From an uncultured Planctomycetia bacterium (GTDB taxonomy: Bacteria > Omnitrophota > Gorgyraeia > 1-14-0-20-64-10): DNA of 64,000 bases. The stretch is taken from positions 89,255-153,254 of the forward strand of contig CAYJVR010000004.1 of the NCBI GenBank assembly GCA_964373715.1, in the 5' to 3' direction. The notes beneath the pieces are model-generated. The model made no database searches, had not been told where the DNA came from, and was given only the letters and a program-made list of their open reading frames with translations. Made by a program: the position numbers and the translations under genes. Shown piece after piece: positions 29,013-38,020 of this stretch; position 1 is the stretch's first letter; each line of letters opens with the position of its first letter.

Positions 29013-30803
29013 TTATAGGTCCGGAACAAGTTCGTGGAGCCGCATCTGTGCATACTCCTCTATCTCTTTCCCCGTGGATAAACGCAGAGATTCCTTCACC
29101 ACCTCTTTCGCCCGGAACGTCGGCACCGACCGGATCACTTTCTTGATCCGCGGAACATTCACCGGGCTCATGGAGAAAGAATCTAACCCCATACCTAACA
29201 AGATAAGCGCCAAAGCCGGCTCGCCGGCCATCTCGCCGCACATGCCGACCCAAATATTTTGTTCATGAGCCACCTCGATGACATGCTTGATCAGCCGCAA
29301 AACGCCCGGGTGTGCCGGCTCGTAAAGGTAGGCGATCTTCTCGTTCACCCGGTCCACCGCCAACGAATACTGGATCAGGTCGTTCGTCCCTATCGAGAAG
29401 AACTGCACCCCTTTCGCCAAAAGATCCACCGTCATGGCGGCCGAAGGAACTTCGATCATGGCCCCCACCTCGATCTTCTGATCAAACGGAACGCCTTTCG
29501 ATTTGAGCTCCCTCTTGACGTCATCGAGGATCCGGTTGGCGTCGTTGAGTTCCTCAACGCCGGAGATCATCGGATACATCAGCTTCACCTTGCCGAACGC
29601 GGAGGCCCTCAACGTGGCCCTGAGCTGAACACGGAAGATGTCCGGCCTTGCCAGGCAGAAACGTATGGCGCGCCAGCCAAGGAAAGGGTTCATCTGGTTC
29701 GGCACTTTCAGTTCGGAGATAAACTTGTCGCCGCCCAAATCAATCGTCCGGATGATCACGGAGTGGGGGGCTATCGCCTTAGCAACCTCTTTGTAAGCTT
29801 CGAACTGCTCCTCTTCATTGGGCAAATCATTACGGTTGAGGTAGAGAAACTCCGTCCGGTACAGGCCTATCCCCTCGGCGCCGTGCGCGATAACCGACGG
29901 AATCTCTTCCGGCAGTTCGATGTTGGCCGCCAGATGGACGCGACGTCCGTCGGGCGTCTCCGCCGGCAAGTCTTTCGATTTCAGCAGGGCTCTGTCCTGC
30001 GTATGGAGCTTCTTCTTCGCTATTTCATAGCGCTTGAGGGTCTGCGGATCCGGGTTGACGTAGACGGTGCCGCTGGTGCCGTCCACGATAACCATGTCGT
30101 CCGGCCTGATCTGCTCGGTGGCCATCTCGAGGCCGACCACGGCCGGGATCTCGAGAGATTTCGCCATGATCGCCGTGTGGGACGTCCGCCCGCCGATGTC
30201 GGTCACGAAACCGATCACATGCTGGCGGTGCATCGTCGCGGTGTCTGACGGAGAAAGGTCGTAGGCGACAACAATCGCCGCCCGGTGCAAATCCGCCAAG
30301 GATTTGCGCTTTAAGCCGGTTAAGTTCCTTAAGATGCGCCGCCCAACATCCTCCAGATCACTCGTCCTCTCCCGGAGGTATTCATCCTGCACCTTTGAAA
30401 AAACGGCGACGTATTTCTTCAGAACCTCTAAAAAGACCCACTCGACCGAAAGTTTCTCGGCCTTCAACCGGGTGACAACCTCATCGATCAAGGACCTGTC
30501 CTCGAGAACCATCAGGTGGGCGTTGAAAATCTCCCCGTGCTCGATCCCGATCTCTTTGGAAATTTTCGCCTGGATGGCGAGGATTTCACGGCGGGTTTGG
30601 ACCAGCGCCTCTTCAAAGCGGGCGATTTCGGAAGGGATCGCCGAGACCGGCACGGCCTGTTTACCGACCGGGATCTCCTCGCTGTCGAGAAGGAACGCGC
30701 GGCCGATGGCGATGCCGGGAGAAGCCGGAATCCCCTGGAGCACTCGCGGTTCGCTGGAAGGTTTCTGAGGCCCTTTCGAGCTGATTTTAGGAGTGCGCGC
30801 CAT
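29013..30803 (-). CDS. ptsI: phosphoenolpyruvate-protein phosphotransferase (PTS enzyme I)
   Basis: GGRTSHTAIMAKSLEIPAVVG contains the catalytic His region; the C-terminal PEP-utilising TIM-barrel includes the GTNDLIQYSLAVDR motif. Confidence 0.9.
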   Translation of the reverse strand: MARTPKISSKGPQKPSSEPRVLQGIPASPGIAIGRAFLLDSEEIPVGKQAVPVSAIPSEIARFEEALVQTRREILAIQAKISKEIGIEHGEIFNAHLMVLEDRSLIDEVVTRLKAEKLSVEWVFLEVLKKYVAVFSKVQDEYLRERTSDLEDVGRRILRNLTGLKRKSLADLHRAAIVVAYDLSPSDTATMHRQHVIGFVTDIGGRTSHTAIMAKSLEIPAVVGLEMATEQIRPDDMVIVDGTSGTVYVNPDPQTLKRYEIAKKKLHTQDRALLKSKDLPAETPDGRRVHLAANIELPEEIPSVIAHGAEGIGLYRTEFLYLNRNDLPNEEEQFEAYKEVAKAIAPHSVIIRTIDLGGDKFISELKVPNQMNPFLGWRAIRFCLARPDIFRVQLRATLRASAFGKVKLMYPMISGVEELNDANRILDDVKRELKSKGVPFDQKIEVGAMIEVPSAAMTVDLLAKGVQFFSIGTNDLIQYSLAVDRVNEKIAYLYEPAHPGVLRLIKHVIEVAHEQNIWVGMCGEMAGEPALALILLGMGLDSFSMSPVNVPRIKKVIRSVPTFRAKEVVKESLRLSTGKEIEEYAQMRLHELVPDL

Positions 30804-31140
30804 GTCCGGGCCGGTGCCTGACGAGGTTCACGATCGCCGGCACCTCATGATGGGAAACCAACTGTTCCAAAGCCACTAAAGCCTCTTCCGCGTCAGGGCC
30901 CTGCGCGGTCACCTCAATCGTGGTACCCCGGCTCGCGGCTAGCATCAACAAACCCATGATCGATTTGCCGTCCACCTCCTCGGCCCCTTTTTTGACCCAG
31001 ATCCGCGACTTGAAGCGGCTGGCGACCTGGACGAACAGCGCGGCGGGACGAGCGTGCAGACCCTGCTGGCTGTGTATGATCACTTTCCTTTTGACCGAGT
31101 TGTTCTCGGATTTTGTTTTTTTAGCTTTGGCTTTTTTCAT
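30787..31140 (-). CDS. ptsH: HPr/NPr phosphocarrier protein; the N-terminal Lys-rich extension may not be translated
   Basis: IIHSQQGLHARPAALFV has the HPr active-site His15 context, and the SIMGLLMLAA region is conserved. Confidence 0.8.
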   Translation of the reverse strand: MKKAKAKKTKSENNSVKRKVIIHSQQGLHARPAALFVQVASRFKSRIWVKKGAEEVDGKSIMGLLMLAASRGTTIEVTAQGPDAEEALVALEQLVSHHEVPAIVNLVRHRPGHGAHS

Positions 31141-33184
31141 CCGCTGACTCTATCTTCACCGCGCACCGGACTTCCCACGCGCCTCGGGCGGGCACATGAA
31201 CATCCCACAAAAAGGCCAGGCACGCCCCCTGGTAGTTCCTTTCCATTCCCTTTTCCGAATCAGAGACCGTCTCGACAGGAAAATACCACAGCCGGGCCTC
31301 CCGGGTATAGCTCCACGAAATCTTCAGCCGCAGCGCCGGGTCCGCCACTGAAAACCAGCTCACTCCTTGAGCGTCGCCGATACGGTTGACGTGGGCATCC
31401 TTCAGCGTAAGATTCCATTCGGAACCGAAAAGAAAGCTTTTCGGCTCTCCGGCCGGATTCGACAACCGGTAGCCCACGTCGAACCCTCGGACGTTCTTTG
31501 ACAGGGTGATCTTCTTCGTTACGGTTAAAGAGGAGTTACCTCCCACCTTCAGAAAAACATTCCCCTGTCTTGTGAAAACCGCCGAAACGTTCCCCTTGCC
31601 GCGGACCACACGGGCCTGGTAATCCCCCTCAACGAAATCGCCCAACTCCGGTTCGGTTCCCCTGGCAAAATTCTGAAAACTCGCGGAAGGGGAAAAAACA
31701 TGGTCAATGAGAGACACCCGCCGGGTCCTGTCATACACCAAAAGATCGGCCAACTCCGGCTGGAGCTCCTGTTCCTGATCGTGAATGCTCAGCGGCATCT
31801 GCTTCTGGCCCGCAGAGGCGTGGACCGGGTTTTTCTTCCCAGCCAGCTTGCCGTGGTACGCTTCGGGCTTCCTGCTCAATGTGTCGATAAGGTTGATCCC
31901 GGTCCCTTTGTCGCTCAACTCGATCAATTGCGCGCCCCGGTTGGAATCGGCCAAAAGGGTCAGCCCCTTTGAGCGCAGAGAGACCTCCTCTTCATTATCG
32001 GCGTCAAAATCGGCCTCTTCAGCGCACACCCAAGGCCTTTTGCTGTGAAGACCGTCCATTATCTTCTCCGCCTCCAGCAAATGACCGTAAACAGCCCGCC
32101 GAAGATGCTTCAGGTAAAGCCCCCCGAAAACACCGTGCCAGTAGGCGTCGTTGCTCTGCGCCATATAAAGGTGGTCCTGCGCCTGGCGAAGCGACGACGC
32201 CGCGGAAGAGGTTTTCATCCTCGGCCCGCCTTTTGCCTCCGCAATACAGCCGCTGAGCCACAACATTTTCTTGTGCATCGCGTCCGCTTCCGGATATTTC
32301 GCGAGGAAATTCCGGAAAGAGCCGCCCGACCAGCCCAGCATCTCCTCGTAGCTGGCGACCGGCACGTAGACCCTGCCCAAAGGGGTGGTCTGCTCCAGAG
32401 CCTCACGGAAGGTGGTCATCTTCAGCCAATCCCTGTTTTTCTCCAGTTCTCTGAAAAACCGCTCGAGCCAGCCCTCTTCGTAGACCCACTTCTGCGTGCC
32501 CGGCCAAAGACCGAATTTTTCCCCGTCGTCGGCCAAGACAACGGTGCGCGGACGTTCGCTCCGGAATTCCTTTAATATCCGGATCACATCGTCCACCTGG
32601 TTGAATGGGACGGCATAACGCAGTTTTTTCAACGAGGGAAACAGCGCGACCGTATCCCCCCTGTCTTCGGTCAGGTGATACCCGAACCTATCTTCTTCTT
32701 TAACGCCCGCCAAAGCGAGATGATGGTCGTCGACAATCGCGTAGGCCACCCCGGCTTTCGACAACAGCGGCACCAGTCCAGGTTCCCAGACCCGCTCAGA
32801 AAGCCAGATCCCGTGCGCCGCCTTTGTTCCGTTCCCGCCTTCCAAACCGAACTTTTTTAAGGCGCCGCGCATCATTCCCAATTGAGCGAGCGCGTCCCTA
32901 TCCGGGACCATCACCAGGATCGGCTCATAGTAACCAGAGCCAAGGAATTCCGCCTGTCCGCGGCGGACGAGGGCCTTCAGCCTTTTCAGGAAATCGGGAT
33001 GCTTCTGCCGGACCCAATCGAGCAGAGAGCCGGAATAATGGAAAACAACCCGGACATTCGGATGCCGCTCAAGGAGATCCACGAAGGGCTTGTAGGCCTT
33101 TTGGTAGGCCTCTTCGAAAACCCAATTAAAATTTCCAACAGGCTGATGGCAGTGAACAGCAAGAATGAAACGGGTGACATTCAT
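31121..33184 (-). CDS. glycoside hydrolase family 57 protein (alpha-amylase / 4-alpha-glucanotransferase / branching-enzyme type)
   Basis: MNVTRFILAVHCHQPVGNFNWVFEEAYQKAYKPFVDLLERHPNVRVVFHYSGSLLDWV is the GH57 N-terminal catalytic region (HQP, FHYSG). Confidence 0.85.
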   Translation of the reverse strand: MNVTRFILAVHCHQPVGNFNWVFEEAYQKAYKPFVDLLERHPNVRVVFHYSGSLLDWVRQKHPDFLKRLKALVRRGQAEFLGSGYYEPILVMVPDRDALAQLGMMRGALKKFGLEGGNGTKAAHGIWLSERVWEPGLVPLLSKAGVAYAIVDDHHLALAGVKEEDRFGYHLTEDRGDTVALFPSLKKLRYAVPFNQVDDVIRILKEFRSERPRTVVLADDGEKFGLWPGTQKWVYEEGWLERFFRELEKNRDWLKMTTFREALEQTTPLGRVYVPVASYEEMLGWSGGSFRNFLAKYPEADAMHKKMLWLSGCIAEAKGGPRMKTSSAASSLRQAQDHLYMAQSNDAYWHGVFGGLYLKHLRRAVYGHLLEAEKIMDGLHSKRPWVCAEEADFDADNEEEVSLRSKGLTLLADSNRGAQLIELSDKGTGINLIDTLSRKPEAYHGKLAGKKNPVHASAGQKQMPLSIHDQEQELQPELADLLVYDRTRRVSLIDHVFSPSASFQNFARGTEPELGDFVEGDYQARVVRGKGNVSAVFTRQGNVFLKVGGNSSLTVTKKITLSKNVRGFDVGYRLSNPAGEPKSFLFGSEWNLTLKDAHVNRIGDAQGVSWFSVADPALRLKISWSYTREARLWYFPVETVSDSEKGMERNYQGACLAFLWDVHVPARGAWEVRCAVKIESADEKSQS

Positions 33185-33223
33185 GAGAGAAATTCTTTCC
33201 GGGAGATTGGATGGATAACAACG

Positions 33224-33694
33224 TCACAAGCCCTTTTGATCCTCCTGCTGAATGATCTTTAGAACCTGCTTTTCATCCTTCGATTCCTTAAGGCCCTCTC
33301 GGAAGAACCGGTCTTTCAACAGCCGGGAGATTTTCGCGAGCGCCTTCAGGTGAGGCCCCGCCGAATCTTCCGGAGCGACCAGAAGGAAGAATATTTGGAC
33401 CGGCTCTCCATCGAGAGAATCAAAATTGACGCCGCGGCGGGAAAGACCGAACGCGCCCACCAGCTGCTTCACGAAATTCGATTTCCCATGCGGGATGCCC
33501 ACGCCCTGCCCGATACCGGTGGAACCAAGGGCCTCGCGCGCCAGGAGGATGGGAATCAGCTTATCCTCGTCGGATGCTTTAATTTGTCCCGCTTTGACAA
33601 GATACTTAACGAGCTCACGAATGACCCCCTCTTTGTCTGCGGCGGTCAGATCCACACAGATGGCTTTTTCATGAAGGAAGTCGGTGATTTTCAC
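33224..33694 (-). CDS. ptsN: PTS EIIA (fructose/nitrogen-regulatory EIIA-Ntr type)
   Basis: ALGSTGIGQGVGIPHGKS contains the phosphorylatable His of EIIA type 2. Confidence 0.8.
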   Translation of the reverse strand: MKITDFLHEKAICVDLTAADKEGVIRELVKYLVKAGQIKASDEDKLIPILLAREALGSTGIGQGVGIPHGKSNFVKQLVGAFGLSRRGVNFDSLDGEPVQIFFLLVAPEDSAGPHLKALAKISRLLKDRFFREGLKESKDEKQVLKIIQQEDQKGL

Positions 33695-33768
33695 GCTGTA
33701 CTACCTCCGAATAAAGTGCACCTTAACATCAAAACGTCAATCGTTTCATCCGCATTTATAGAAAAAAA

Positions 33769-33801
33769 CTGGAGCGGGTGAAGGGACATAGAACCCTCGC
33801 C
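33769..33801 (-). pseudogene. degenerate duplicate of the tRNA-Gly 3' portion (T-arm + acceptor + CCA); tRNA remnant
   Basis: The 19-nt run tggagcgggtgaagggac is identical to 33954-33972 at the 3' end of tRNA-Gly, but the T-loop is corrupted (TTCTATGT versus TTCAAGT). No 5' acceptor or D-arm partner lies within 100 nt, and GC-rich hairpins follow. Confidence 0.35.
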
Positions 33802-33953
33802 CCGCTTCCTGCGGGGCTCCCGGGGCGGAACCGAAGGTTCCTCCCCGACGATCCTCCTTCGAGGAATGCGAGGGGCGATCCCCCTCGCGCACCCCTGGGT
33901 TCAAGTCCTCTCCCGCTTACAAAAGGCCAAAGAACAGCCCCACAACATAAAGA

Positions 33954-34029
33954 TGGAGCGGGTGAAGGGACTTGAACCCTCGACAGCCTCGTTGGCAACG
34001 AGGCGCTCTACCAACTGAGCTACACCCGC
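33954..34029 (-). tRNA. tRNA-Gly (anticodon GCC), CCA encoded
   Basis: Reverse complement GCGGGTGTAGCTCAGTTGGTAGAGCGCCTCGTTGCCAACGAGGCTGTCGAGGGTTCAAGTCCCTTCACCCGCTCCA. Cloverleaf checked by hand; anticodon loop TTGCCAA. Confidence 0.85.
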
Positions 34030-34080
34030 AACAAACTCCTCAAAATCTAAAACAGCACTCTTGGATCTACAACCGGCTCT

Positions 34081-34162
34081 TGGGCACGGAGGGAGTTGAA
34101 CCCCCACCCCTTTCGGGACAGGATCCTAAATCCTGCGCGTCTTCCAGTTCCGCCACGTGCCC
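34081..34162 (-). tRNA. tRNA-Leu (anticodon TAG), long variable arm
   Basis: Reverse complement GGGCACGTGGCGGAACTGGAAGACGCGCAGGATTTAGGATCCTGTCCCGAAAGGGGTGGGGGTTCAACTCCCTCCGTGCCCA. Anticodon stem CAGGA/TCCTG, loop TTTAGGA, discriminator A. Confidence 0.8.
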
Positions 34163-34202
34163 GAAAAAGGAAGCCCATTCAAAATCCGGCTCTGAATTTT
34201 TA

Positions 34203-34275
34203 TGGGCCGTGTAGGAATCGAACCTACAACCTTGACATTAAGAGTGTCCTGCTCTGCCGATTGAGCTAACGGCCC
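34203..34275 (-). tRNA. tRNA-Lys (anticodon CTT)
   Basis: Reverse complement GGGCCGTTAGCTCAATCGGCAGAGCAGGACACTCTTAATGTCAAGGTTGTAGGTTCGATTCCTACACGGCCCA. Anticodon loop CTCTTAA; one mismatch at the top of the anticodon stem. Confidence 0.7.
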
Positions 34276-34410
34276 GAAACCTTCAAGGAATTTGGCCTAG
34301 GCCGGCCAAAAGACTATTTTAGCCTACAGACAGACCCATATAAACGGTTTTAAGGCCCTGTCCCCGTACCTCCTGAACTCGACTTCACAGCAGGCATAAC
34401 CGTGAAAAAA

Positions 34411-34484
34411 CGCGCCCGCCGAGAGTCGAACTCGGAACCTCCAGGTTCGAAGCCTGTCACTCTATCCAGTTGAGCTACGGGCGC
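34411..34484 (-). tRNA. tRNA-Arg (anticodon TCG)
   Basis: Reverse complement GCGCCCGTAGCTCAACTGGATAGAGTGACAGGCTTCGAACCTGGAGGTTCCGAGTTCGACTCTCGGCGGGCGCG. Anticodon loop CTTCGAA. Confidence 0.8.
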
Positions 34485-34560
34485 AAAAAGACACTCTCGA
34501 CGAAGGTAGGCTCTCCAAGATAACAGATCGCTGGGGGGAAATCAAACCGAAGAAACGGTT

Positions 34561-34932
34561 TTACAGCCTTTCGTTAATCTTATTATAAACTTCCTGCGCG
34601 ATTTCAATCTTGGGCATCACATTTCTGGCCTTAACACACAGTTCCACCGTCTTTTTCGTAAGCTGTTTGACTGTGATCGTGACCGTAGCTTCGCCCACCG
34701 TAGCCTGAATCTTCCCGTGATGCTCATCTTCCAGAGTCACAGAACCCAGCTGCTTGGCGACAGTCAAGCTTTGGCGATAGACCCTGGCCATCGGCAGTTC
34801 ATACGTATTCTTGATCGAATCTTTGCTGATAGCATAGCCGCCCGCCACTCCCGCCCCTATCAGGAAAAGAGGGCAGCCGCTCAACCCCAAAGGAGCCAAC
34901 AGGAACAACGCGAATGCAACTTTCTTGGACAT
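34561..34932 (-). CDS. lipoprotein (DUF3568-like), paralog of 17345..17776
   Basis: Lipobox LLAPLGLSGC, and similarity to the other lipoprotein (GAGVAGGYAISKDS versus GAVVGYAVSRDS; C-terminal VK/AR...P.IE.AQ block). Confidence 0.6.
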   Translation of the reverse strand: MSKKVAFALFLLAPLGLSGCPLFLIGAGVAGGYAISKDSIKNTYELPMARVYRQSLTVAKQLGSVTLEDEHHGKIQATVGEATVTITVKQLTKKTVELCVKARNVMPKIEIAQEVYNKINERL

Positions 34933-34952
34933 CGTAAAAACCCTCCCCCTGT

Positions 34953-35756
34953 CTACTCTTTCTTAACCGGTAAAAACCTCTTCAGGGTGTCTGTCGCTTT
35001 CCCGGTAGCCTCTTTTGTCGAATCGAGAACCTTACTGCCGGCATCCAATCCTGTAGTGATTGTGGCATTGACGGCGTCGACCGCCCGCGACGTAACTTTC
35101 TTGATGTTGCCTGTCAAATCCCGTGTCAGCGACCCAAGGTCGAAATGGGTCAGGCGGGCGATCGCGGTGTTGGTCAGCGCCCTGGCAACCACCAGGCTCG
35201 CCAGCATTTCGGGGCTGCTGACCCCTTCGTAGGTCTCGTTTAAGTTCACGTTAAACTCCTCAACAGACGGATCGCCCCCGTTGGAATAATCTTTGTAAAC
35301 CACCTTTCCAACCTTCAGATGAAGCCGGTCAATTTTGAATTCCTGCTTCCGGCCCGGCTGAGAAGGGCTGGCTCCCTGCCGTTTTTTCTCTTGGACAAAC
35401 TTCAGGGAATCCAGGTTGAGCGCCCCTTTTTCGTTCTTCTCCACCAGGAATTCTCTCAAGTTAAGCCGGACCTCCTGGAGATGGATCTTGCCCCCCAGCA
35501 AAGCTCCCAGGTTGTATCGGACAAAGAGATCGGGCAGGTCCATCATCACCGAGTTGGAAAACCCCGCGGGGTTATACAGTTTAAGGCCCCTGACTCCAAC
35601 CGAAGAGCCGAAGAGGTCGACGTTCAAGTTCATATCGAGGCGAAGGCCGGTTACCGCCCGGACCATCCCGGAAACTGCCATGCCGCCCAACACGTTCCTT
35701 CCGAAAAACAGAACCAGGCAGACGGCGACAAGGACAACCGCCGCCTTTTTAACCAT
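34953..35756 (-). CDS. secreted hypothetical protein
   Basis: Signal peptide MVKKAAVVLVAVCLVLFFG; no recognisable catalytic motif. Confidence 0.45.
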   Translation of the reverse strand: MVKKAAVVLVAVCLVLFFGRNVLGGMAVSGMVRAVTGLRLDMNLNVDLFGSSVGVRGLKLYNPAGFSNSVMMDLPDLFVRYNLGALLGGKIHLQEVRLNLREFLVEKNEKGALNLDSLKFVQEKKRQGASPSQPGRKQEFKIDRLHLKVGKVVYKDYSNGGDPSVEEFNVNLNETYEGVSSPEMLASLVVARALTNTAIARLTHFDLGSLTRDLTGNIKKVTSRAVDAVNATITTGLDAGSKVLDSTKEATGKATDTLKRFLPVKKE

Positions 35757-36420
35757 CGGACTCTCCTTCTGTAACCGGTTTTTTCGCCCTCAAAACGATG
35801 GGAAGGGTGACCAGGTTCACCAGGAATTTTTGATACTCTTCAACAACATAAAGCGCATTGCGGGGGTTGGACCACCATCTCCCCGGCTCAAACATATCAT
35901 AGGAGGTCGGGTAAGAGAACACCTCTGTTCCGTCAAATACCTCCCTGAATATGAAGCGGGCCCGCCGGGAAGAGACCGGCGACGTGACGATGACAATCTG
36001 CCGGGGCAAATCAGGCGTAAAATACCTCTTTACCTTCAGCGCCTCCTCGATCGTTCCATTCGCTGCTCCAGGCAAAACCTGGATCTGCGACTCCGGAACC
36101 CCAGACGCAATGAGGATCCGTACCGACAGAGGAGGCTGCTTCGGGTCAAAAAGCCCGAGACCCAACAGTTCTCTGACCATAATGGTGTCGGTCGGCTCCG
36201 GAACAACCAGGACTTTTCCCGCGCGGGCTTGCTTGTAAAGATCTCGGGCGGCCAATGACCTGCGGACCGGATCCCCCGACAGGACGACGGCCACATCGGC
36301 CTGGACGAATGAATCTTTGACAACCAAGAACTCCCCCGCGTGGAGGAAAAACTCTATCCCTAAGACGATGAGGATCACCAGCACGACCAGCAGTTTTCCT
36401 ATATGCTTCTTCATCATCAC
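35749..36420 (-). CDS. YdcF/ElyC/SanA (DUF218) family protein
   Basis: An N-terminal TM helix followed by ADVAVVLSGD...VIVTSPVSSRRARFIFRE, which matches DUF218 motifs. Confidence 0.65.
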   Translation of the reverse strand: MMMKKHIGKLLVVLVILIVLGIEFFLHAGEFLVVKDSFVQADVAVVLSGDPVRRSLAARDLYKQARAGKVLVVPEPTDTIMVRELLGLGLFDPKQPPLSVRILIASGVPESQIQVLPGAANGTIEEALKVKRYFTPDLPRQIVIVTSPVSSRRARFIFREVFDGTEVFSYPTSYDMFEPGRWWSNPRNALYVVEEYQKFLVNLVTLPIVLRAKKPVTEGESDG

Positions 36421-36426
36421 ACCTCT

Positions 36427-37239
36427 CTAGTCCTGCGCAAGCCGCCCCAAACGACCCTGCATGCGCGCCCGACGAAAGATCCAGACGAAAAACAAAATCC
36501 CCAGAAGGAAATAAAAGAGAGTTAAGCCAAAAATCGCAGGCCACATGGATAGAGAAAGGGACTGCCCTCTTAAAGAGGCGCGCAGACCCTCAAAAATATA
36601 GGTGGTCGGCAGACACCGGGAGACTGCCTGCGCCCAAGCCGGCAAAACATCCACCGGATAAAAAACACAGCTGAACGGCTGTATGAGAAACGGTATCCCC
36701 CAGATCAGAGCCTCCGCCGCGTACCCGAAACGCAGCAGCAGCCCGCCGGTAAAAAGACCGATCGCCCAACCGAAAAAAAGCAGCAAGGCGGCCAACGGGA
36801 GAAAAATCCATCCGATCCGGATGATCTCAAAAGCGTAAAGGAAATAAGCGATGCAGGATAAAACGCAGGTCACCACCGTCACTTTGATCAGCCCGTAGAG
36901 GAAAACGGCGGTGATCCACTCCCAAAGCCTCAACGGGCTCAACAGGATGTTCGTCACGTTGCGCGTCCAAACCTCCTCCATTAAGGAAAGGGTCAACGCC
37001 TGCTGGCTTCGGTAATGGATGTCCCATGAGATCATCGCCCCAACGAGAAAGACTATAAATTGGATGATGGGGCCGTTGGCCGCTTTCTGGATATACAAGG
37101 CCACAAACCCCCAGATCAGCAGATCCATCACCGGCCAGAAAAAGACCTCAAAAAGCCGGACCAGGCTGCGCCGGTGAAGGATCAGATAGCGGAAAAAGAT
37201 CGCCCGGATCCGTCTCAGAGAAGAGGCTTCAGGAAACAT
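36427..37239 (-). CDS. ABC-2 type transporter permease
   Basis: Six predicted TM helices; immediately downstream of and overlapping the ATPase gene. Confidence 0.7.
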   Translation of the reverse strand: MFPEASSLRRIRAIFFRYLILHRRSLVRLFEVFFWPVMDLLIWGFVALYIQKAANGPIIQFIVFLVGAMISWDIHYRSQQALTLSLMEEVWTRNVTNILLSPLRLWEWITAVFLYGLIKVTVVTCVLSCIAYFLYAFEIIRIGWIFLPLAALLLFFGWAIGLFTGGLLLRFGYAAEALIWGIPFLIQPFSCVFYPVDVLPAWAQAVSRCLPTTYIFEGLRASLRGQSLSLSMWPAIFGLTLFYFLLGILFFVWIFRRARMQGRLGRLAQD

Positions 37240-37981
37240 GAAACAGCTCCCCGCTGGTGGCCACCCGGATGAACAATTCCTCCAGAGAGCGGCTCTGCAG
37301 GCGCGTTAACACTTCCCGAGTTGTCCCTTCGACAAGCAGCTTTCCCTGGTGAAGGAAGAGTATCCGGTCGCAGAAGCTTTCCACCTCCTGCATATTGTGG
37401 GAAGTGTAGAGGACCGTCATCTGCCTCTCGCGGCGAATTTCCTGCAAAAGCTCCCTCACCTTAGAGGCCATGTATGGATCAAGCGACCGGGTTGGCTCAT
37501 CGAGAATCAGCAGTTCCGGGCTGTTTAAGAGGGCTTTCACCAGCTTCAAGCGCATCTGTTCACCCGCGGAAAGGGTCCCGACCAACTGGCGGCGCAGCTT
37601 CACCAAGCCGAACTGTTCCATAAGTTTTTCCAGGAACCGGCCGGCGTCGCGCACCCCGTAGAGACCTATAAAAACATTCAGGCATTCGGTCACGCTGAGG
37701 TTCGAGGGAAGATCCACATCTGCAGAAGCGAAACTTAAGCGAGGCAGAACCTTGAGCCTGTGCCGAATCGGGCAAAATCCAAGAACTTCCACCGCGCCCG
37801 AGGTCGGCTGCAGCAGACCCAAAACAGCATGTAGCGTGGTTGTTTTCCCGGCCCCGTTCGGCCCCAGCATGCCGACCACCTCTCCTGAACGAACCCGGAA
37901 GCTTAAATGGTCCACCGCCGGCCGCTCGGAACCGGCATAGCGGTGGACAAGCTCCCGCACCATGATCGGGTCTTCATTCAC
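37229..37981 (-). CDS. ABC transporter ATP-binding protein
   Basis: Walker A GPNGAGKTT, signature LSAGEQMRL, Walker B LLILDEPT. Confidence 0.85.
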   Translation of the reverse strand: MNEDPIMVRELVHRYAGSERPAVDHLSFRVRSGEVVGMLGPNGAGKTTTLHAVLGLLQPTSGAVEVLGFCPIRHRLKVLPRLSFASADVDLPSNLSVTECLNVFIGLYGVRDAGRFLEKLMEQFGLVKLRRQLVGTLSAGEQMRLKLVKALLNSPELLILDEPTRSLDPYMASKVRELLQEIRRERQMTVLYTSHNMQEVESFCDRILFLHQGKLLVEGTTREVLTRLQSRSLEELFIRVATSGELFHVS

Positions 37982-38020
37982 GCCGTTTTCCCCATCGCTC
38001 CAGGCAGGATACCATATCTC

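Noticed and set aside
33890-33925. Plus-strand GGGTTCAAGTCC T-loop-like motif, suggesting a plus-strand tRNA.
   Set aside because: The flanking sequence cannot form a T-stem (only 3 bp) or acceptor stem. It is better explained as part of the degenerate tRNA remnant region.
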